From the NCBI GenBank assembly GCA_049320885.1, contig JBMORA010000060.1, positions 1 to 47,649 on the forward strand: a DNA stretch of 47,649 nt. The letters are read 5' to 3'. This stretch comes from Thermodesulfobacteriota bacterium. Lineage in GTDB: Bacteria > Desulfobacterota > Desulfobacteria > Desulfobacterales > SURF-7. The position numbers and the translations under genes were made by a program. Shown here in pieces: positions 29,792 through 37,836 of the stretch. The notes under the pieces are model-generated. The model did not search any database, was not told the DNA's origin, and saw only the letters and a program-made list of their open reading frames with translations. How positions within the stretch are numbered: the first letter of the stretch is position 1; each line of letters begins with the position of its first letter.

Positions 29792-30943
29792 ATGAGCAGA
29801 CAAGCACGGTTCCTCTTCCTCCTGCTGATGTCCATGGCGCTGTTTTTCGGCTTCCTGGAACATTTTACCCCGGGAACATTTCCCTTTACATTCGAACGTC
29901 TTCACATTTTCCTCTTCAATCTCTGCACCGGCGGCACCATTGTCCTGTACCATACGGAAGGCCGGGCCGGATTTTCCGGGAAAGTGATTCTCTTCGGTGT
30001 CTTGGCCACCGTGTACGCGGTCCTGGCTTTTTTCCAAATTTATGCGCCGGCCATGGCGATTTCCCTGTTTCTGGCCGCCATCGTCGAATCGGTGCGCATT
30101 CGCCGGTTTTCCGTTTTCCCGAAGGATTTTTTCCGGTCCTCCGTTCCGATAGCGGAGAAATTCAATCAGGCCTCCCTGCTCTGTCTTTCCATCGGCCTCA
30201 CCATATCCAGCATGGTGATACTGAATAATGAATATCTGCATCTGCCGATGTTCTCCTTTCGGAAACTGACCCTCAACACCTTTTTTCTGGGTTTCTCCTT
30301 TCCGGTATCCCTGATCACCTTTTCCGTCATTTTCGACCTGATGAAAAACGAAACGGACGGATCTTATGCCTGCCTGAAGGAATATGGATTCTGGGCGGTC
30401 AACCTCGGCGTCATCATCTTCTTTCTCTTCATCCTGTTTGAAATGCTCATCGCCCAGTTGTTTGTCACCCTCATTCTGCTCGGCACCGTGGTGATGATTT
30501 TTCTTCTGTATATCCGCCTCGGTATCCGGGCCCAGCAGAAAAACTTCCTTTCCTCCGGCATCGGTTTTCTGCTTTTCACCGCCGTAACGGGGATTCTGTA
30601 CATCGTCATGGAATTTTTTCCGGAATACTATACCACGGAGAATTCAAGGTTCCTGCTGAGCCTGCACAGTTTCGCCTCGCTATACGGCTGGAATCTCAGC
30701 GGGCTGGCCATCATCTGCCGGTTTCATGACTTTCCGCTGAAACTGCATTCCCGGGGAATCATCATATTTCACTGGATCATCGTGATCCTGCTGGCGCCGC
30801 TGGGAAAATACTCCCTCCCCTTCGCGGTTCTGGCGGTGATATCCTATATCGCCATGCTGTTCGTCATCTTTTTCAACAAGGGTAACGGACAGGCATTGGA
30901 TCGATCTCCTGCGGCCGCCGTCGCTACCGGCAATCGGGCCTGA
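29792..30943 (+). CDS. Multi-pass membrane protein of unknown function
   Basis: About 12 hydrophobic segments. Co-oriented with upstream genes. Confidence 0.85.
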   Translation: MSRQARFLFLLLMSMALFFGFLEHFTPGTFPFTFERLHIFLFNLCTGGTIVLYHTEGRAGFSGKVILFGVLATVYAVLAFFQIYAPAMAISLFLAAIVESVRIRRFSVFPKDFFRSSVPIAEKFNQASLLCLSIGLTISSMVILNNEYLHLPMFSFRKLTLNTFFLGFSFPVSLITFSVIFDLMKNETDGSYACLKEYGFWAVNLGVIIFFLFILFEMLIAQLFVTLILLGTVVMIFLLYIRLGIRAQQKNFLSSGIGFLLFTAVTGILYIVMEFFPEYYTTENSRFLLSLHSFASLYGWNLSGLAIICRFHDFPLKLHSRGIIIFHWIIVILLAPLGKYSLPFAVLAVISYIAMLFVIFFNKGNGQALDRSPAAAVATGNRA

Positions 30944-30975
30944 TATCCGGTTTGTATCCGGCCGGTCGCTTTCGG

Positions 30976-31776
30976 TCAGTTCATCTGCGGCAGCAAAATC
31001 GTAACGGTCGTTCCGCTGTCCAACTTGCTGTCGATATGAATCGCGCCCTTACAGACATGCACAATGCCGCTGACCACCGCCAATCCCATGCCGGCGCTGG
31101 AAACCCCTCCCGCGGTGGTGAAATACGGGTCCAAAATACGGGTGATAATGGAATCCGCTATTCCGCAGCCGCTGTCCCGTACCGTCAACTTCGCATATTG
31201 CCCGGGAACGAGCAATTTATCCGGAGGCGACGTTTCCGATGTTAACTGGAAGGACTCGAGGGCAACCTCGATCTTGCCTCCCTTTTCCAGCATGGCCTGA
31301 CTGGCGTTGGTGCAAAGATTGGTGATGATCTGCCGGATCTGGAATGCATTGGAATTCACTTTTATCGGATAAGACGGCAAACGGTCCTGAATGGTGATGG
31401 CGGCCGGGAGAGTGGCCTTGAAGTTGTCAATCGCCTTGCGGACAATGGTGACGATTTCCTGGGTTTTCCGCTCCTGATCCCCCAGCCGGCTGTAGGCCAG
31501 CAAATCGGTGATCAGATCCTTGGCCCGATTGATGGCGTTCATGGCTTCCGCAAGATTTTTCCGGGAAGGACTGCCCTTGGGAAGATCCAGCTGGGCCATT
31601 TCCACATATCCCATGATGGCGACCAGGATTTCATTGAAATCCTGGGCCATGCCGCCGGCCAGGGTCCAGAGGGCCTGCATTTTTTTCTCCTGGAGATCCT
31701 GAATGTATTCCACCGCGACTTTTTCCATATCATTCTTTTTACTAGCGGTTTTTCGATTGCTGGATTTGTCGGCCAT
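30976..31776 (-). CDS. Sensorless histidine-kinase-like protein with degenerate H-box
   Basis: TLAGGMAQDFNEIL (H replaced by Q), N-box NLCTNA, G1 DSGCGI, DPYFTT, GMGL, GTT. Confidence 0.85.
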   Translation of the reverse strand: MADKSSNRKTASKKNDMEKVAVEYIQDLQEKKMQALWTLAGGMAQDFNEILVAIMGYVEMAQLDLPKGSPSRKNLAEAMNAINRAKDLITDLLAYSRLGDQERKTQEIVTIVRKAIDNFKATLPAAITIQDRLPSYPIKVNSNAFQIRQIITNLCTNASQAMLEKGGKIEVALESFQLTSETSPPDKLLVPGQYAKLTVRDSGCGIADSIITRILDPYFTTAGGVSSAGMGLAVVSGIVHVCKGAIHIDSKLDSGTTVTILLPQMN

Positions 31777-31811
31777 GGGTTTTCTTCCCTTCATGAAAAG
31801 ATGAATTTCGT

Positions 31812-32387
31812 TTATGCGGTTTTCTTTTCCGTTATGGTCTCTCCTGGATATATGCGGCGTTCTTCCAGTTGCACTTCGGGGTCCGGCGCAGGCCAATATC
31901 CCGGCCGTGCCTCACTGCCTTCGAGGGCCACGGGCGAAGGCCGGCTGTCCATCATCAACGGGTGTCGCCGCACATCGACTTCGTTCACCGGGCAGCTGAA
32001 TTCAATGGGTATATTATTCGGATCAAACGAATAGACGGAGACGATAAAACCATGATCAACGGCTTCGGAAACCCAAAATCCCGCGGCTTCCAGCTGATCC
32101 TTCAGGCTGAACAGTTCATCCATTGTTTTCACTCCGAAGGAAATATGGTCAAAAGCGAAAGGCCCGGCCACCGGCGCGCCATGATCTTTTTCCTTGATTT
32201 TACGCACCAGTGGCCATTCAAAAAAGGAAATCATATCCCCGTCGGAAATTTCAAAGAAATATTGCCGGTATCCCGGACGGCCGTATCCGATCACCAGGCG
32301 CATGCCCATCAGGTCTCTCCAGAACCGGATGGTCTCGTCCATGTCCTCGGTGGCCATGGCGATATGATGGATACCGGTGAATTTCAC
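31812..32387 (-). CDS. VOC/glyoxalase family protein
   Basis: GIHHIA, FDHISF, SVYSFDPNNIPIEF. Confidence 0.9.
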   Translation of the reverse strand: MKFTGIHHIAMATEDMDETIRFWRDLMGMRLVIGYGRPGYRQYFFEISDGDMISFFEWPLVRKIKEKDHGAPVAGPFAFDHISFGVKTMDELFSLKDQLEAAGFWVSEAVDHGFIVSVYSFDPNNIPIEFSCPVNEVDVRRHPLMMDSRPSPVALEGSEARPGYWPAPDPEVQLEERRIYPGETITEKKTA

Positions 32388-32451
32388 GACGACTTCCCGT
32401 CCCCTCCGCCGTTTTGCGGCGGTAAAAAAGGTGAAGCGGTTTTCTTCTGGC

Positions 32452-33099
32452 TTAATCCTTGAACACCAGTTTCCCGCCGATGAAGCCCGCCAATCCGGCG
32501 GCCGCCAGCATGATCAGGTGCAACAAAAGGAAAAGCCCCCGGTTCTCCGAATACGGCAGGGTAACCGTCGGATCTAATGCGCCCCAGATCACCGCGGCGA
32601 CGGCACACAAGAGGACAACCGCGCCGCAGATGATTTTGATGGTAAAATAGGTGGTCCGGTTTCCGCCGTATTTGCGCTGCCATTCATTGTACCCGGAATA
32701 CAGCACCAGCGGCATGGCCAGCAGAACCACGATCATGTTGTAAAACGAGGCCAGCGCCAGATTGTGAAAATTCAACACCACCGCCACAAAAACAAACAGG
32801 ACCGACACCGGCAGGACACCGTTGGGAATATGCGCGGATATGGGATGAATATGGTGTTTGACCATCTGCGACAGGATGAAATCAATTGTTTTCTCCCTGC
32901 CGCTCATCCTTCGGGCCGGTTCTCCCGGATCATCGGAAACCGGTTGCGTCACGGAAGCGGTTTCAGGACTCCCGGTTCCGGTTTCCTCCGGTGTCAGTTC
33001 CACGAATTTGCTTCTGTCGGCACCGCAAACCGGACATTTTTCAGGCGGCTCATCGCCGGTGTGAACATAACCGCAGACAGTACAACGCCACTGTTTCAT
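32452..33099 (-). CDS. Rubredoxin-like domain fused to a DUF2231-like membrane domain
   Basis: WRCTVCGYVH..PPEKCPVCGA, then HPISAHIPNG and about 4 TMs. RBS GGAGGAG. Confidence 0.85.
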   Translation of the reverse strand: MKQWRCTVCGYVHTGDEPPEKCPVCGADRSKFVELTPEETGTGSPETASVTQPVSDDPGEPARRMSGREKTIDFILSQMVKHHIHPISAHIPNGVLPVSVLFVFVAVVLNFHNLALASFYNMIVVLLAMPLVLYSGYNEWQRKYGGNRTTYFTIKIICGAVVLLCAVAAVIWGALDPTVTLPYSENRGLFLLLHLIMLAAAGLAGFIGGKLVFKD

Positions 33100-33284
33100 A
33101 ACTCCTCCCTCACTGGTTCCATCCCTCCGCCGCATCCGTCGGAATCACTGGCCGGATTCACCGGATTCGGCGACTTTTATCCCTTCATCAACTCCGGAAT
33201 TTACCCCCAAGTCCATCCCCAAAATCTTCTGAATAGATGCTTTGTAGCATACTATTCGGGTGTTAAACAGATCAAACTGTGATA

Positions 33285-34133
33285 TCATGACATCAATCGG
33301 TAATATATCGCGCCGTCACACTCCAGAACCTCGAAGGCATCGGAATAACCGGTGGTGCTTTCACCGGCTCCTAGAAACAGGAACCCCCCGGGTTTCAAGA
33401 CTCGCCGGAGGTTTTTAAACAGCTGCCGCTTGAACTCATCGGAGAAATAAATGAGGACATTCCGTAAAAACAAGATATCAAAAGGACCCGACAAACCGCC
33501 GAGCGGTTCCTTCAGGTTGCACTGCTTGAAGCAAACCAGTCGGCGCGATGGGTTTCCGATATGCCAATATTCCTTCTCCCTGGTAAAATATTGTTCGGCA
33601 AACCCTTTCGGCAATCCGCGTCCCATGGCGATGGCAGGATATCGTCCCTTTTGAGCCGTCGCCAACGCCTCGGAGGAGATATCCGTGGCCAGGATGCGGG
33701 TCGCAGCCGCCAGGTTGCCCTTTGAACGGCGGTCAAACTCCAGAACGCTCATGGCGATGGAATAAGGCTCCTGCCCGGTGGAACAAGCGGCGGACCATAT
33801 ACGGATCACCTGTTGTTTGTCGGCCCGGACGGCTTCCTGATAACCAGGCAGCAACCGGTCCATCAGGATGTCAAACGGTTTGCGATCCCGAAACCACAAC
33901 GTTTCATTGGTGGTGATGGCATTGATGATTTTCTGGAAAAAACCGCTGCGCACCGATACGGATTTCGATAGATGATACAGTTGTCCGAAGGAAGCGCACC
34001 CGGATTCCTTCACCAGACCGGAAAGCCGCGCTTCCAGCAAATAACGCTTGTTCTCGGTAAGCAGAATGCCGCATCGGTCGTGCAGCAATTCCCGTAACTG
34101 TATAAATTCATGTGCGGCGATTCTCAGGGTCAT
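33285..34133 (-). CDS. cheR: CheR-family protein-glutamate methyltransferase
   Basis: TTNETLWFRD, IWSAACSTGQEPYSIAM, ATDIS, FLRNVLIYF, GAGES. Confidence 0.93.
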   Translation of the reverse strand: MTLRIAAHEFIQLRELLHDRCGILLTENKRYLLEARLSGLVKESGCASFGQLYHLSKSVSVRSGFFQKIINAITTNETLWFRDRKPFDILMDRLLPGYQEAVRADKQQVIRIWSAACSTGQEPYSIAMSVLEFDRRSKGNLAAATRILATDISSEALATAQKGRYPAIAMGRGLPKGFAEQYFTREKEYWHIGNPSRRLVCFKQCNLKEPLGGLSGPFDILFLRNVLIYFSDEFKRQLFKNLRRVLKPGGFLFLGAGESTTGYSDAFEVLECDGAIYYRLMS

Positions 34134-34233
34134 CAAGCAACTGGTTACCGGGTTGTTTTTTCTTGAAACATTTTGTTAATATAAAGTAATAAAATATTGG
34201 ATGTCAAAGGTATTTTGCATGGAAAGGAATCCC

Positions 34234-35631
34234 ATGGACGACAGCAGGCAGCAGGAATATGACGTCATCATCGTCGGTGGAGGGCCGGCCGGTCTCTTCG
34301 CCGCCTATCATCTGGCAGAGCATGCAACCGCCCGGGTACTGCTGATCGAAAAAGGCAAAAGCCCTCTCAAGCGCCGATGCCCGATCAGCGATAAATCCAA
34401 TTGCATCAAATGCAAACCCTGTAATATTCTCTCCGGCATCGGCGGCGCCGGCCTTTTCTCCGATGGAAAACTGAATTACATCCACAAGCTCGGAAAAACG
34501 GACTTGACCCAGTTCATGCCGGTTTCCCAGGCAAGGGAACTGATTCTGGAAACCGAGACGATCTTCAGGCGATTCGGAATGGAAGGCGCCACCTACCCTT
34601 CCGACATGGAGAAGGCCGGCCAGATTCGCAAGCTGGCGAAAATTTTCGGCATCGATCTGCTGATTATCAAACAGACCCATCTGGGCAGCGACCTCTTGCC
34701 CCAGCATATCGCGACCATGAGCGATCACATTCGGTCAAGGGGAGTGAGCATCCACACTTCGGAAGAGGTGCGGGACATTGTCGTGGAACAAGAACGGGTG
34801 ACCGGCGTGATCACCAACCGCAGGGAGTATCGCGCAGAATATGTCATCATGGCCCCCGGCCGTGTCGGCGCCAACTGGATCGGCAACCTGGCGATGAAAC
34901 ACGGCATCGGTCTGACCCAGCGGGGGATCGAGGTGGGCGTGCGCGTGGAGGTTCACAATGACATCATGCAGGACTTGTGCAATGTCATTTACGATCCGAC
35001 CTTTTTCATCCAGACCGGGAAATACGACGATGAAACCCGGACCTTCTGCACCAATCAGGGCGGGTTTGTGACCCTCGAGAATTATGCCGATTTCGTCTGC
35101 GTCAACGGTCATGCTTACCGGAACCGGAAATCGGAGAACACCAATTTCGCCTTCCTTTCCAAGGTCGTGTTGACGGAGCCGGTGACGGACAACCAGGCCT
35201 ACGGCGAGGCCATCGGCAATCTGGCCTCCCTCATCGGCGGGGGCAAGCCCATTCTTCAGCGCTTCGGCGATCTGAAACGCGGCCGGCGGAGCACCTGGAA
35301 CCGGGTGAAAAAGGGCTATATCGAACCGAGTCTGACGGATGTGGTCTGCGGCGACCTCGCCATGGCCCTGCCGGAACGGATCCTGACCAATATTTTCGAG
35401 GGGCTGGACAAGTTGAACCGGGTGGTGCCGGGTGTTTCCAATGACGAAACCCTGCTCTATGCCCCGGAAATCAAATTCTTCGCCACCCAGCTGGAGACAT
35501 CCGCTTCCCTGGAGACGAAAATCAAGGGCATGTTCGTGGCCGGAGACGGGCCGGGCGTTGCGGGCAACATCGTTTCCGCGGCCGCCACGGGGCTGATCCC
35601 GGCCAAGGCGATTATCGAACGGGGGAAATAG
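34234..35631 (+). CDS. FAD/NAD(P)-dependent oxidoreductase
   Basis: VGGGPAG, CxxCxPC, GGAGLFSDGKL, GVRVE, RTFCTN, VNGH, AGDG. Confidence 0.9.
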   Translation: MDDSRQQEYDVIIVGGGPAGLFAAYHLAEHATARVLLIEKGKSPLKRRCPISDKSNCIKCKPCNILSGIGGAGLFSDGKLNYIHKLGKTDLTQFMPVSQARELILETETIFRRFGMEGATYPSDMEKAGQIRKLAKIFGIDLLIIKQTHLGSDLLPQHIATMSDHIRSRGVSIHTSEEVRDIVVEQERVTGVITNRREYRAEYVIMAPGRVGANWIGNLAMKHGIGLTQRGIEVGVRVEVHNDIMQDLCNVIYDPTFFIQTGKYDDETRTFCTNQGGFVTLENYADFVCVNGHAYRNRKSENTNFAFLSKVVLTEPVTDNQAYGEAIGNLASLIGGGKPILQRFGDLKRGRRSTWNRVKKGYIEPSLTDVVCGDLAMALPERILTNIFEGLDKLNRVVPGVSNDETLLYAPEIKFFATQLETSASLETKIKGMFVAGDGPGVAGNIVSAAATGLIPAKAIIERGK

Positions 35632-35655
35632 AAGACAGGCGTCAGGAGACAGAAG

Positions 35656-36549
35656 TCAGAATGCGGAGGAATGGGACTGCCAGTCCACACGGTATTTTTT
35701 CAAAAAATCGACCGGATGATAGGACAGTTTGGCCTTGCGCAGGCCCTCGTCCCCCAGATCCTGTTCGCGGTTGACAACGGAGACGTCCGGGTGGCGCTGG
35801 AGAAAAACCTGGTGGATGGTCTGGTAGACCCCTTTATATCCCGGTTTCCCTTTTTCGAAATGGATCAGGAGGGTATCCCCGGAAACCTGTTCGCCGACCG
35901 TATACGCCACCATCTCCCCGTCCACCAGGAGAGCGCCGCCCGTCAGGTTTTGCAATTCCTCCCATGACGCAAAAACCGTTTCAATGGCGCGGTTTTCAGC
36001 CGAAAGGGTTTCCGCGGATTCGCAATCCCGCCAGGTGCACCAGCTCTCCTGCATGGCCCTGGCCTTCTCCAGAAGATCGGTTTGCAGGAACTGGAACTCA
36101 TACGGATGGGTTTTGGTGAACTGCCGGATCAGGTTCATTTTGGCATGATAGCGATTGCCCGAAAGTTCGCGCAGGGATTCGGCATCATAGAGATAATCCC
36201 ACTGCTCCCGGCTCTCCTGGACCTGGAACCGGCCCCCGGCCGACGCCTTCCAACGGGAGAGCAGCATCTCCGGCACCCGCGCGACCGTGGCTCCCTGTCC
36301 GAAAACGCGCTGCAGCCGCGGCTCCCATTCCGGCAGGTCCCATTTCCCCACCGGCGCCCAGTAGCAGTTCACCGGCCGCCGCTGCCGGATCCAGACCAGC
36401 TCGTCTTCCCAGGCCCACTCCAAACCGTATTCCCCGGCCCAGGCCCAGAGGTTGATGAAACTGTAATCGGACGTTTTCTGCGGGCAGTCTTGCAACCGGT
36501 TCAAATAGTCTTTCTGCCGGGACAGGGAGATGGCTTCAAATGTCAGCAC
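35656..36549 (-). CDS. DUF2156 / aminoacyl-phosphatidylglycerol synthase C-terminal-like protein
   Basis: SDYSFINLWAW, DYLY, LSGNRYH, IHFEKG, NREQDLGDEGLRKAKLSYHP. Confidence 0.9.
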   Translation of the reverse strand: MLTFEAISLSRQKDYLNRLQDCPQKTSDYSFINLWAWAGEYGLEWAWEDELVWIRQRRPVNCYWAPVGKWDLPEWEPRLQRVFGQGATVARVPEMLLSRWKASAGGRFQVQESREQWDYLYDAESLRELSGNRYHAKMNLIRQFTKTHPYEFQFLQTDLLEKARAMQESWCTWRDCESAETLSAENRAIETVFASWEELQNLTGGALLVDGEMVAYTVGEQVSGDTLLIHFEKGKPGYKGVYQTIHQVFLQRHPDVSVVNREQDLGDEGLRKAKLSYHPVDFLKKYRVDWQSHSSAF

Positions 36550-36591
36550 CGACTCGCTCCTTTGCTTGGCTTTCCGTGTTTTCTCGAAAAG

Positions 36592-36699
36592 TTACGGCGG
36601 CCCCTCGCCGTTGGTGATCCGGATCGTTTCCGTGGTCTGGGCTGCTGCGGTTCCCGCAACGATCAAGGCCGTTTTGGACAACCAGAGGATTTTCAACAT
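36592..36699 (-). pseudogene. N-terminal remnant of a periplasmic substrate-binding protein
   Basis: MLKILWLSKTALIVAGTAAAQTTETIRITNGEGPP-TAA: signal peptide plus a motif resembling the ETIRITNGEWPPY start of family-3 SBPs. Confidence 0.55.
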
Positions 36700-36894
36700 G
36701 ATTAATTCAGATGGGAAGCCCTGTTTTATTCATAATTGTAGTCAGTCGGCCTCCGGTATACAGTCATGCGATGATGAAGATCGTGACGACTATAATCAAC
36801 CGCCATTTGCCTGTCAATCGGTTTGATGATAGATGGTTCTATAAAACGATGAATCACAACTGTAGAACGTAGTCCGGAAGGAATGGAGACCCTG

Positions 36895-37788
36895 ATGAAA
36901 GGTTACAGGATCGGCATTGATCTGGGCGGCACCAAAACGGAAGCCGTCCTGCTGGATCCCGGTGACGAGGTCCTGGTTCGCAGACGTATCCATACCCCGG
37001 CTGACGAAGGATATGCGGGAATCCTGGAATCCACCCGGAGCCTGATCGCCGCTACCATCCGGGAGGTCCCGGCCCGCGGCATCGTCACGGTGGGGATCGG
37101 CATCCCCGGAACCATCAACCAGCGCACGCATCTGGTGCAGAACGCCAATACCACCTGTCTGATCGGCAAGGCCTTCCAATTCGATCTGGAAAAAGCCTTG
37201 GGCCGCCCGGTGGGAATGGAGAATGACGCCAACTGCTTCGTGCTGGCGGAAGCCCTCAAAGGCGCCGCCAACGGTTATGAGGTTGTCTTCGGTGTGATCA
37301 TGGGCACCGGTTGCGGGGGCGGCATCTGCATCCAGGGCCGGGTGCGCTCCGGCGGTCACGGCATTGCCGGCGAGTGGGGGCATTTTGCCGTTGATCCCCT
37401 GGGCGAAGCCTGCTATTGCGGCAACCGGGGCTGCGTGGAAACCAAAATCAGCGGGAAAGGCGTCGAAACCCGTTTCCGCAATTTATTCGGCACCTCCCTC
37501 ACCATGCGGCAGATCGTAGGCGGATATCGCCGCGGCGACCGCCATTGCCGGGACGTGTTTCAGCAGTTCCTGGACGACTTCGGCCGTTGTCTGGGAGGTC
37601 TGATTTCCATTCTGGATCCGGATGTGGTCGTCCTCGGCGGCGGTTTGTCCCAGATCGATGAATTGTATACCCTGGGCCGACAGGCCGTCCGGCGGTATGC
37701 CTTTCACGAAGACCTGCAGACTCCCATCGTCAAGAACCGGCTGGGCGATTCCGCCGGGGTTTTCGGCGCCGCCTGGATCGGCCGGTGA
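36895..37788 (+). CDS. ROK family sugar kinase (fructokinase-like)
   Basis: GIDLGGTK, ENDANC, GTGCGGG, GEWGH, CYCGNRGCVE, GDSAGVFGAA. Confidence 0.92.
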   Translation: MKGYRIGIDLGGTKTEAVLLDPGDEVLVRRRIHTPADEGYAGILESTRSLIAATIREVPARGIVTVGIGIPGTINQRTHLVQNANTTCLIGKAFQFDLEKALGRPVGMENDANCFVLAEALKGAANGYEVVFGVIMGTGCGGGICIQGRVRSGGHGIAGEWGHFAVDPLGEACYCGNRGCVETKISGKGVETRFRNLFGTSLTMRQIVGGYRRGDRHCRDVFQQFLDDFGRCLGGLISILDPDVVVLGGGLSQIDELYTLGRQAVRRYAFHEDLQTPIVKNRLGDSAGVFGAAWIGR

Positions 37789-37836
37789 GCAAGGGCGCAC
37801 AAAAAAAACGCACAGACGTGATTGCGGTGACAAGCG

